The position numbers and the translations under genes were made by a program. DNA of 63,520 nucleotides, filler included, from Choristocarpus tenellus KU-1152 (taxonomy: Eukaryota > Protista > Phaeophyceae): the NCBI GenBank assembly GCA_964200185.2. It is 12 parts of 12 records of this genome, joined end to end, with 100 filler letters (N's around TTAATTAATTAA, not from the genome) between each part and the next. Parts side by side here need not be neighbours in the genome. Positions count along the whole stretch, not along the records: positions 22,757 to 41,435 come from CAXNAD020000525.1; positions 41,536 to 50,270 come from CAXNAD020004389.1; 10 more parts are not named here. One strand, written 5' to 3'. Below, piece after piece: positions 38,601 through 50,370 of the stretch; position 1 is the first letter of the stretch; each line of letters begins with the position of its first letter. Below the pieces are notes generated by a model, which worked only from the letters and a program-made list of their open reading frames with translations, ran no database searches and had not been told where the DNA came from.

Positions 38601-41177
38601 TCACCTTGCCGGTGTTGCCCCTCAGGTTTATTCTACTTACTACAATGTAGTAGGGGATGTGCAGCCCCATATGCGCTTCTTTTTTTTTGTAGTTGTACTT
38701 TCTTTTTTTTTCAATAAAAAATTATCAAATAAATTGTCATTGGTGGTTGGAAGCAGTATTTTTTTTTTCTGTATGCACTGCAGTGTTTCCCACGTGTGTC
38801 TTCCAGGTTCAATGGTGGGTTCACAGTGTTTAAGGCTCCGTAAGACACCCCTTGAGAAGAGATCTGGAAGACTGGCCTTTGTATAATGTTGTGGGGCCTT
38901 GAGTGTGCACTTACATCTTTGGAAGGCAAAAACGACATGCCCCAGGTGGCTTCGTGTGGAGGAAGTGCTGACTGCTTCTATTTACTCTTCCCTCGGGTAC
39001 TGTCGAGATCTCCCCTCTTACCTTTTATTTTTTTTGTAGCATGACTGTTATGTATCTTGTGGGCTTGAGGTGCCTTTGCCAACAGCATGAAGGTCGTCAG
39101 TGTCGACATAATGTTCACCTCCTCTTCCCACCTCACACATCAAGCAGTTCGCTGCATGGTGGTCATTCTGAGCTTTCAATCAACACATCTGCACATCTAT
39201 TTCTTTGTCACTTGCTCTTTTTTGGCCGTTCTATTTCTTTGTCACCTGCTCCTTGTTGTGTTCTCCTCAGTAACGAGTGGAGGGAGTTCCAGTCCTTTGC
39301 GGAGGAGGTCAGACTGACTGAGAAGGTGAACGCTCCCCCTTCCCCCCCCCCCGCAGACTGTGGTCCACACTGCATGTTGCCCCAGGGTATGTTGTAGAGT
39401 ATTGCAACAATCCGCTTCTCAGATGGAGAGGTACTCGCCTGCACGTGTTGTGGAAGTCAAACACTCAGACCTTGATTAGTGTTGGCTTGGCTGGTGTACT
39501 AGGCATTGCATCCTCCCTTTTGTGTTCCGAATATGTTGGTAGATGAACATCCCCCTCCTGGCGCTCTGCAGAACAATTGTATTCTGATACTTTTGTTCTT
39601 GCTTCTTCTATTTTTTTCTTGAATGTGTGCAGGAGGAGAAGCAGCAAGAGGAAGCAGCTGAGGAGGATAAGGAGCAGTATGAGGAGCTTGAGCAAGCGTA
39701 AGCGTTGTCCTTCCTCCACCTTCCTTATCCTTTGTTGCAGTGCCTCGCCCCTCCTGAGCAATTCCTAGCCAGTCACAATTCACCTTTGCTCCCCTCTCCC
39801 CTCAAGGAGTTTTGCTGCTGAATTATGTTTCACATGCAAAACTCCAAGAATACCTACTCTGAGTTTTTATAATTTTTCTGTTCTCTCTCTCTTTGTGTGT
39901 GAAGTAGACTGAATGATTTATTCACTGTGATGAAATACGCTATCGCAGAGCATTGTACCTTCTGGTGCATCTGCCCCTGTCAGTGCTTCCGCTCTTGATT
40001 GAACCATTTTCTGATGTAGTATAGTGTGGTTCACATGAGTATTGATTGGTCTAAGACTTGTACACCCATGCCGCAATGCTGTGGATGAAGTGTTTCTCCA
40101 TGTGCTGTATAGTATTTCTCGAATGGGGTCTATGGATTCCTTCTTACCCCCATACATATTCCACCAGGACACACCTTACTGTACGAAGTTTTAACAACAA
40201 ACTGTGTGCATTGGAGCCTCATCGTAAACCAATGCCACACAACTGCGAGGGGCTTTGGGTTGCTATTGAGCTCTTCCTATGTGGAGGAAAAGTTGACTGC
40301 TCTTTAACCATCCTACCCACTATCCTCTTTGCCCTCCAGTAGGCATTGTGATGCCGGGACATGTTGAGTCTGTACTTGCTTCCTGCTTGCCTGAACTGTA
40401 CCTTATTTGTGTTGTTTTCTGAACTGCACCTTATTTGTGTTTAGCCTTCTTTATTCATAAGTTCATCATTGAAATTACTGGTCTGAATCAAGATGTCATT
40501 GAAGAGTGATTGATCACGCCTTGAGGTAGATGAGGTCTAGGAGTGAGTACTGTGGCTTTGACTGAGTTTGTATAACAGGAGAATCGTCCACACAACAATC
40601 ACAGTATTAATGGTATGCAGACGCAAAACTTGAATTGCAAGTACTCTGTGTGCAGTGGGACTGCCACATGCTCTCTTCTCATCTGGAGAACCTTGTACCT
40701 CACCCTTATCTCAAACAAACCTGTTTGCCCCCATTGGAGTGGTCTAGGAATGACCTGCCAACTCTTACTTTATGTTTGGTTTTATCGGATTTATCCCCCT
40801 TGTGCAGTACTATGATGGGGCGCCTGGCAACCCTCATGCAGAAATCAGAGAGCATTGCACGGAAACGAAAGCATAGTGCAGGGGAACGTGGGGGGCATGG
40901 AGAAGGAAAAGGAGGGGGCTCAGGGAAAGTGAATGGGTGTGAAGATGGAGAGGGCAGAGAGGCAGAAGGAATTGAAGGCACTGAGCGCTCAGTGATGGAG
41001 ACAGGTTCTGCAATGAGGGCAGTGGCGGTGGCTAGTGCCCCGGTAGACCATGCAGCAGTGGAGATATCTGCAATGCTATATAAGCGTAGAAGAGAGAGGA
41101 AACGAGAGTTAGATGAAGCTTTCTCAGGGGAGTATGTGCCTATGAACCCTCTGGACTGGCGGGCTAAGGGTGTCTGA
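35607..41177 (+). CDS. ZNF830: ZNF830/CCDC16-like spliceosome-associated protein, ~417 aa
   Basis: Exons 35607-35714, 35842-36034, 36224-36565, 37376-37440, 38515-38570, 39271-39325, 39633-39697, 40808-41177, all phase-consistent. Hallmarks LPEGFFDDPE|VDAKSRGVD, EWREFQ, an acidic coiled coil and C-terminal DWRAKGV*. Confidence 0.8.
38122..38168. repeat. 11-bp tandem repeat (GATATTTATAG)x4, intronic
   Basis: Directly visible. Confidence 0.9.
38323..38419. repeat. 12-13-bp tandem repeat AGTCTTTCCTTT(T) x~8, intronic
   Basis: Directly visible. Confidence 0.9.
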
Positions 41178-41335
41178 TACCTACTTTGAAGCATGGAGTA
41201 GATGTTTTGCCATTTTAAACCTCAGGTTATAGTTTGGCACTGAAGATAAACTTGTTAATATGCCTTAGAGATAGGCCAATGAGGGGTTAGCTGGACTGTG
41301 AGTCCGAGTCCTTCTACTTCACTCTCACGGATTTT

Positions 41336-41435
41336 GGCTCAAAGTATCTGAGGGGGGGGTAGCTGCTGTCCATTTGGGGTCAATTTTTTCATTTCGCTAT
41401 TTTTGGGTGATTTGGTTGCATACGTTTGATGGAGA
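41336..41435 (-). mobile_element. MITE family B (truncated at contig end)
   Basis: GGCTCAAAGTATCTGAGGGGGGGG..GTCCATTTGGGGTCAATTTTTTCAT. Confidence 0.8.
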
Positions 41436-41535
41436 NNNNNNNNNNNNNNNNNNNNNNNNNNNNNNNNNNNNNNNNNNNNTTAATTAATTAANNNNNNNNN
41501 NNNNNNNNNNNNNNNNNNNNNNNNNNNNNNNNNNN

Positions 41536-41629
41536 TTTCGGATTTGAAATGTCAGCAAAAAAAAGAGTTATTTGATCGAAACGGATGCCCCCTCACAAAC
41601 CACCACCCCCCCCCCAGATACTTTGACCC
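41536..41629. mobile_element. Family B-type terminus at contig start
   Basis: CCCCCCCCAGATACTTTGACCC. Confidence 0.6.
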
Positions 41630-43214
41630 TTAGCAGGGGTGAGCTCCTTGACTTCATTTTTCTGAAGTGGCTAAACATCAAGCCCACAAATTCGATTTGT
41701 GGGCATGGCGATTTTCAGATCCTCAGCCCCACAATAACTCGTCTCTGTGTCCGTCCCTCCCTCTTATTTTCCAGGTCAACGCAAGCGCCGCCTGAGGGGT
41801 TGAATTGTTGGTGGTGGACCTCTTCTCACCATTGTTATAGACGGCTGGGAAATCCAGATATGTTAGTACTAATAGAGCATCCCAGTCATACTAACGGTGG
41901 AAGGATTTTGAAAATAACCTTTACTCGATAATTTCCCACTAGAGGTATTTTACGTGTGCAACATCCATAAATTGCAAGTTTTAGGAGTTGGTTGGGATCC
42001 TTCGTCCTTTTTGGTGCAATGCACTGGTTCACACTGAATGACACCATTCTGAGTGTGAAATGCTTGCAATTTGACAGGAGTAGGAAATTAGGCATAGAGA
42101 AGGGTTGCTGATAGCAGTGCAGAGTGTTGCATTGTCAACCTTTGCAGCATAGTAAGGAGGGGAAATACGATAGGAATTTCTCCTCCCTGATAGTTTTGAG
42201 TTTTTTATTGGTTGTTTCTATTGTTGGTTCCGTTTTAATCATGTTGGTTTCGACCTGGTGAGTATATTTGGTCTATGTGAAATACTGAGATGGTTGTTAC
42301 ACGTTTGGAAGTGTAGAAGGAATGGACTTGCTTGACATCGAAATTCCCACAATTGTTTATAGTGACCCTCAACAGCGCTTAGCGTGGGACGGTTTGCTAA
42401 GAGCAGTTATGGTTCGTTGAGCATAGTGCATGGAGGTGGTAGGTTGTCGAGCTGAGATTTGAATAATCTATATTCCAAGTATATAGTGTTTTAGAATTGG
42501 AGCGAGGCAAGAAGTTGCGGCCTTAACTGTGTGAGCACTTGTATTGAAGAGCAATCTGATTGCGCTGTACTACAAGTACAGCATATCTGGTATATCCGAA
42601 GTATATCTTACTCTTACATTCACCGTGCTTGCTTGACTTTGTGGTTTAGCTGGTTGGGAGGATTCATTTAACCCTAGTACTGATTTTAGCTAAGGACACA
42701 TAGTCAATTTAGCCATCCACAAAAGGCAGAATTCAATACACACAAGTTTAATGCATATGTCCCCACTAAGAACACTGATTTCTCTACCAATGGAGCAACT
42801 TACTTGTGGGACTTAGAATCTGAAGGCAGCAGTCTTTATTTATTTTTGCTAATGGAGAAATGCACTGGGTTGCTTGGTGTCAAAGAGACACCGCAGTTTA
42901 GGATTCTGGAGCACTTGTATCAATTTAGGAGGTCTGGACTGACTTGCCTCTATCTAGGACTCTACTCCCTATACAAGTACTAATGTAGAACAATATGTTA
43001 ACACTGAGCGTGCAACCTGCAGTCTGGGACTTCTTGCCCCTGTCCTGAGGTGGTACATTCACCGTGTGGACTATGCAAAATGTCCCGCTTCGGTCCTATT
43101 GACATTCTTTTTCGCCCATGACACCCGGTACGTATTGTTAAGAAGAGTGACCTATCGTTTTCGCTCCAAGCTTTCATGTGTTAATGCATGCGCAATGTAA
43201 TAATCTAAACATTT

Positions 43215-44490
43215 TATCAGCATTTCCCCATCATAGCAAGGACAAGTGAAGTGCATGCTATCCGACGTGCCACCTTGTAAACTTCACCTTATCAAACTGT
43301 GTGCACAGATGGAACTTGATCGTGGTTACGGCAGTCGATGAATTAAGCAGAAGATATTGTTACTCAAAGATGTGTGAACAAACTGCAAAATACTTCAGAG
43401 TACTATTAATATGATGGTATGGCTAGCTCAAAGTTGCCACCCCTCTCTATAAATATATGTAGCGGACAGGCAGAGTTTGGGTATTTCACAAACAGATAAT
43501 TTTTTGTAATATCTGGCCTAGCCATCACTGCTACTCACATCAAGAAGCCTACAGTCTCCCGATTCGTCATATCACCTCCAACACAAGGGCAGTCCCCTCT
43601 CTCTCCTTTTAAGGGTCCTGGAGAGATTATGAGGAATTGGTATCTTCCTTGCCCGATCGATCCATATATATATACCAAGAGGCGCTAACATATGTCCTAC
43701 ATTGCCATACTGTAACTGGTCCGACCGATACTATTGCTCTGTGTTGAATCATGTCACTCGAAATCTCAAACCCTAGGTAGTAGTAATAGTGCTCAGAATA
43801 TCCAAAATCATCAACAAAGAAGTGCTCCTCAATTCTGGAGCAAACCCAAAACAAAATTACGGGACTTATCACTGCACACACTACGCCGTTTTCTACACAA
43901 TAACATGAAACATAGGGATCTGCTCTACATTGCTCAAATCCACAATGCACCAAGCTATGCCCCAACAAACCGTGAAAAATAAACTCTCTGCTTGAATGCT
44001 TGGTATCATACAGTGCTTTCAGAAAATGAGGTAATAATATTACGTGACCAACAGGCCACATACATCACACAAACGAACATGGTCCTCTTCGCCAGTCTTA
44101 GCCTGAACATTTGCTTGTTTCACGTCCCAAATAACCAATTCCCAATCCATGCCTGCGGCTAAAACACTACCATTCTGAGTGACTCAGGCAAAGGTGTAGA
44201 GCCCAAAGTATAATGAAAATTCAACTCCTCAATCTAATGGGAACATTTTTGCTGCCTGACGTGGCTTGTATCTAATTACCTCTCCAATCTTGTTACTCTT
44301 GTGGTTGTGTCTTCACTACTATTGTATGTACTGTTGGCTTGTGTCCAACAGGTAAAATGTTGTTCCCACATCCAACCGCCATTTAGTATCAAACCAGGCA
44401 CTTCTGCTCTAGATCGATTCCTCAACCTGCATTCGGGAGAACTACGTGTTACCTGAATAGTCTTGGGTTTAGGAAGGAGCCCGTCAGGAA
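43215..44490 (-). mobile_element. Degenerate Ty1/copia pol (RT-RNase H) relic
   Basis: Ordered broken motifs PKTIQ..SP, RYKPR..AK, WDVKQA, LKALY..K..SRE, GFEQCRADP, YLGFEI..D and a trailing NADKM (cf. Q.AD.LTK). Many stops and frameshifts. Confidence 0.75.
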
Positions 44491-47400
44491 GGACTTTAAT
44501 GGATTATTCATCACTTAAACACAAAAACAAGGGCAATTGAATGGTACAAAGTCCAAATTGACAAGTTTTGGGGAATCGAAAGAGTTTTCGAAAGTCGAAA
44601 AAGGATAGAATGGTATAAAAAGTTACAAAATATTTTGTGAAAAATGATCCAATAAAACTGTGTGAAATATGTTCCAAAATAAGTTCCCAAATGTGGCAAA
44701 AAAAAATCCCCAAAAGGTTTAGAGACCGTCGAAGGGGTGAGTAGCGGACTGCATCACAACACAAAAAAGGGTCATGTTCAAAAATGAGGAAAACAATACC
44801 GTTAACACTATAGTAACAGTTCCTCCTATATTGGGGTAAAAACGCCCCACAACATATCATCACACACCCTCCGAACTACTTTAGAGTCGTTTGTCCCCAC
44901 AGTGTCTCCTCCAACATCCGAGAAACAACGCAAAACAATCCCCCACAACATTCAGCGCATTCCCTGTTATATCCATTGACATGCGACACCAGGACGATGA
45001 ACGACCTCAAAGTCGTGGTGTGGCGATCATGTGCGAGTCGCTGCTGATGCACGACCAAGGCAGGTGGGAGGCCCATGATGCTGGCTTCCATTACCAGTTT
45101 CCCTTCGCTCTGGTACCCAAAATTGGTCTGGCGGAGACACTACATCTCCCTGCGCAAAACGTCGCCCATTCTCACGGACACGCCTCCACCACTCACTCGA
45201 GGCCATCAATAATGCACCCCTAAGTGTTCCCGAAAACCTTTAAACTTTTGTGGCAGTGTGCGGTTCGATACCTATCCTCTGTTCCCCCCTTTCCCGTTTG
45301 CCTGTGTCCACGCCGTACACACAGCATGGGATGGGCATCCTACTCTCGTTACCACAAAATATTGAACTTTCACCTGTCCTCAGCATCGCGGGTTTTTACA
45401 TCTACGCAAATATGATCACAGAGAGAGCTTTGGCGATCAAATAGCTTGTCTAGCACGTATTTATTGAAAATGAGAGTATTTGGACCATGAAGACATCACG
45501 ACACTGTTACAAAACACATTGTGCGGAATACATATGTACCGCCCCCATTTCTCTCAATCTCAGTCTAATTTTTGACCCAAGGTCTCTATAAGACCCTCAA
45601 GGAATAAAAAAACGGAGTGTTCGGGGCAGAAGAGACATTCCAAGTCATATAATTGGTAGTTTGACCTCAGGGTGGAATTCTTGCCCACTTTTGCGGATCT
45701 TCATCTTCTCAACTGACAAAATGCGGTTCGTACAGCAGAAAAGGTAAGACCCACTAAACACGTACCTAGGAACACCAGCAACCCATCCCCACGCCCATCG
45801 CACGCCCACCCCCACCGCCTAGTGATTTTCTGGACATTCAGTGGTGCCCCAAAATAGGACAATCGTAAGGTGTACCCTATTTTGTGTATGTGAGAGTATG
45901 GCGTTGGACTGACTCCATGCGATGTAACAACTAATGAGTACGAAGTTAGGTATTGCAATTAAATAAGCCAGTGACTTGAGTATGACACACAAATAATAAT
46001 AAACAAACAATAAGAAGGCACCCCACAACAAGGTCACTCTTTCTAATTTCATTCACCCATTCTTTTTGTGTTCAGCAAAGAAGGGGGTCGCGTGAAGCTC
46101 CACACCTTCTTGTCTTTACTGATCAAATGCCAATATTTTCCAAGGTTAATTGTACAAGTGATGCGGAGAGTATTAGATGCACCTCATCAATTGTTCTTGA
46201 TGGACGAGACCGAGAACGCCTCCTGAAAAAATGTTTGAATTTTGGAATAGATAGAATAGAAATTGGAGGGACTATGTTAAACGTTTTTATTTATTCCCTA
46301 TTCATTTTAAGATTTGATCATTGAGGAATAATTGGGGAAATAAATACATATTTTATGGAATTCGCGACTTTGGAATAATATTGTTGTTGTATACTCCTGT
46401 TGTAATGGTTTTGAACATTATTAGTATGATTGGAATTATACTGTTCTGTATGCGAACCCTTTTTTAATCTAGACCGGTACAGTCTATTCACAAGAATTTA
46501 ATGGATGATTCACCACAACAAAAATAAACCGCAAAAAGCTTCAAACTTCACATCAATTAGACAAATACACCTATTTATATACATGTAAATTCACCGAGCG
46601 GTTCTAACACTCTTGAACAATATTCCTCATCTGTGATCCTCTGACCACCACACCAAGGAATCATCACAGAATTCAAGAGGTCAAGTCACCAGCCCCATTC
46701 TCTCCCAGGAGGGAAAGCAACCGAGCTTATCAACCGCACCTGATAATTGTGAGTTAAGAGTATCAACACAACGATCTCCAGTCCAGTTGTTTTCGTAGAA
46801 GGTGGGCTTTCTTCTTGGACAATTTTTTGGGTGTGCTGGACTTCTCGCGAGTGGTTGCAGGACAGGTTAATTTATGGGTCGGTGAATGGATCATCCTAGT
46901 TCAAACTATTAAGACTACAGTTTAGTAGGCTCTATTATTCTGGTAACCACCGAACATTACACGCTGTCAAGTTACTGTAACACCACGCCAATCAATGAGA
47001 AATACGCGACCAACAACTAAATCGCTGGTTAAGGTTGACTTCCTCCGCTCGACATCTTTTCAATAGACCTATAAGCCCTGACCCTTCCTCTCGTGCCAAA
47101 GAAATCGTTAACTCCAACTAATTTGCCTACCTAGATCGACTCAGCCAACCACCAAGTTCCAACTACGACGCACCAAGGAGTATAAAGTACACCCCCGATA
47201 GGAATATTGTGTATCAGTCGATATAGTGACGAGGATGGGGCAGCCTGCTTATTGTTGTTGCCAACATCAGTTAACCTGTACAGCACAAGTGTGACCAGTG
47301 GTACGTTCGTGAAGGGACTACTGAATCACAACACAACAGGTTTCAAGTCACAAGATTTCCACGGTTCAAGATGGAGGGTTGTCGAACACTTCTTACATTT

Positions 47401-47618
47401 TGTGTGATGATACAATCCGTGCTCAACAGCTAGATCATCTGTTGTACTTCGTAGTAGCATTTAGAGACGGACTCGTCTAAACTGACATATACACAAGCTA
47501 GTTTCTGAGAATAGATAATCCCATTCCTCACACCTTTTTCTCCCCTCTGGTCCACACCGTCTCTTTTAGGAAGTCTAAGGATTGCAAGTCAGAGACGCAA
47601 TCAATACCGAGCACCGTC

Positions 47619-50063
47619 ATGCATCACTTCCAAGCCCCTGAGGCTCGGCTCGTTTGTACAGTCTTTCTAGGTCTTCTTCTGGTGGTCAGCGGAAGTGTCG
47701 TCCAGCAGCCCAGAGTAATTAGCACATGTTCCTCAACCAATGTAAACGTTTTCGGCCCAGTTGATGACGTCATTTGCCTCGGTCAAAGTTTCCCAACGAT
47801 ATGCTCGGCGGGAGACTTGGAGGTGAGAATGACTGTTTCCTTAGCCCTCCCAAAGAGCACTGACCTTCTCGAGGGCGTGAACCAGAGTAATTGTCAATGT
47901 GCATCCACCAACTTCGCAACCCCATCATGGGTCCTGGGTTGTTGGTGAGTAGTTGCGCAACGATATGTCTATCTGCAGGCCGTCTGATCTTATTAGAGGG
48001 TAGAAGGAGGTATTGATTGTAACGTTGGTGTCCACCTCATGTAACTAACCACAATATGCACCTCTTAATGAGAATATACCCTTTGTTTTCCCCTTTGGTC
48101 TCCCCAAACTTGATTCATTTTTCGTCTCCTGCCACAGGTTAAGGGTGTGACCTATGTCCAAGTAGGGTCTTCCGCAGATGCTGTCAACAAGTAAGATACT
48201 GAGCTCTAGAAAATGTAAGCGCAGAAAATGATATCTTTATAAGAGGAGGGTATAGTTGAGTATTTGGGATCCCTGTTATTTTATTTGGTATACATGTAAA
48301 TGTTTCTACCATTATGAAGGGGTATTTCGCACACATGCAGACAAACGTTTGTCTCTATATTTTCAGCAGCAGTCTCCTAATGAGGGTTAGGTACAATGCA
48401 GGTATTGGAATGGGGTTCAGGTTGAATTTTTTAAATGCCCTTGATTATAAAATGGGTCTAGGTAGAGCCCCCTCAAAATAGAGTGACTCAAACTAGTACA
48501 CAATACCTTACCTTTGAAATTGTGGTGTTTATCAATTCTGTACACTTTGTTATATACGAGTTCCCCATGATTCACTGTTATACATTTGACAAGGTCTACT
48601 CAAAGAGGACGACAGCTCATGACTGTTGCTATTGTCTATTGGGTATTGACTATGGACTATTGGCATCATTCCAAGCTAAGTTGCAAGGACAATAAGTACA
48701 AGCAAGACATGTACACCCAATAAGCAATACTAATCTATATGATTTCAATGTTCCCCTGACCCTGTCCTGACCATGATATTGTTCTCCGCAATCTTTTTTA
48801 ATGACAGTTTTGGACAGTTTTTCCTGGACGTGACATATGAGCTCGAATCCAGATTGGGTACCAAGTTTGACGTCTTCACGTAAGTCCCTATGACTTAGTG
48901 TCACTCAGCAGTCGGTGCTAGTCTTGCACGTATGTTTTCCTCATTGTAATGTATAGCTCCAGAGTGTGCAACAAAAAGGAGTGAATTATTCAATCATTGT
49001 TTTATTACTTCAGGGATAATTGAACAGTTCCCATGCACCTGCTTCAATGCAGAATATATTGTTAACTGACACGGTAGTACGTAGGGAGTAAACTGCGTTT
49101 AATTTGCTTGCATAAATGAATACATATATTGCTCAAGACCTCTGACACCCTATCGGGTGTACCACTTCCCCTCGTTTGACTATTCTACCCTCAGGCAAGT
49201 GACCAAGGACCCCAGCGTTGCTTCACCAGGTGAGTATCAAGAATGTCAATTCGCTGTTTCACAATGCCGTACACAAGGTTATATAGAATAGTAGAGAGTA
49301 ATTTCCCAGTCAAGGCCATAAAATGGCATGTATGGAGATAGCAATATAACTAAACTCGAGGCATCATGTTACAGGTAGATGATAAGCTTGAGATTGGAAA
49401 GCTTGAGATGGTTGAGGCTTCAACAGATTTATCAAATTTATAGTTATTTGTACAGATAATTTCTCCCTTACAATCAGAACAGGTTCAAAGTGGATGGACA
49501 AACTTGACTGACACCCTTTTCTCCCAACTCCCTCCTGTTTCATCAGCGGATCCTGGAACAAGTAAATGCTATGGTACTGTCTTGCCCTGCCCGTCAGCCC
49601 AAAGGCTTCAGACTAACCGTCAACCTCGTCAGCTTGAAATAGCTCAAGAGGATGGTGACTTTTGTGGAGACATAAACTCTGATGCTCCGACAACCATCAT
49701 GCACACAGTCAGATACCCGGTGAGACCCCTTGAATTGCAAAAAGAGAAGGGGAACCACTACCTGCAGTGTCATGCTGAGTTAAGGATAAAATTGCTAACC
49801 TTAAAGTCCTCAGACCCCACAGTGGGGTGACTACTGTCCAATACAATTATTTATTCCTTAGTGCTGGAAAACAACGTACATCCTGGAACCACCCCAGGTT
49901 GATAGTGCCGCTCAACTAAGAGCTGGCAACATCGTCGTAAAATTGGAGTGGTGTGTTGGCTGGGACAATGATCCTGGGAGAACTTGCACTGGTCCAGGAA
50001 CTGCATTTGAAGGATCTCCTGCAAGGTGTAACTGTGGCACACTGGAAACCAACCTCCCTACAG
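47619..50063 (+). CDS. Cys-rich secreted protein of unknown function, first six coding exons (3' end off contig)
   Basis: Exons 47619-47822, 48138-48190, 48808-48879, 49195-49229, 49547-49719, 49862-50063 chain with phases 0,2,2,1,0 and good donors (gtgaga, gtaaga, gtaagt, gtgagt). Signal peptide LVCTVFLGLLLVVSG; ICLG..TICSAGDLE, TKFDVF, DGDFCGDI, CVGWDND..C...GSPARCNC. Confidence 0.7.
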
Positions 50064-50370
50064 GTAAGAGTATGCTGGCTCAAAGTATTCGGCTGTCCAT
50101 TTGGGGCCCATTTTTTTATGTCATGATTATTGTGATAATGGGTTGCATGAATCAGATAATGATATAAGTGCACTTCTCCTGGTCAGAGCCCCCCCCCCCC
50201 CCCCCCCAAGACATAATCCTGTCTTGTGGTGAGAAAAAACAACCCAAAGGGGGTAAAAGGGGTGGGAGCGNNNNNNNNNNNNNNNNNNNNNNNNNNNNNN
50301 NNNNNNNNNNNNNNTTAATTAATTAANNNNNNNNNNNNNNNNNNNNNNNNNNNNNNNNNNNNNNNNNNNN

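Noticed and set aside
44860-45420. GC-richer stretch with interrupted ORFs, possibly a DNA transposon relic
   Set aside because: No diagnostic motif or TIR pair could be established.
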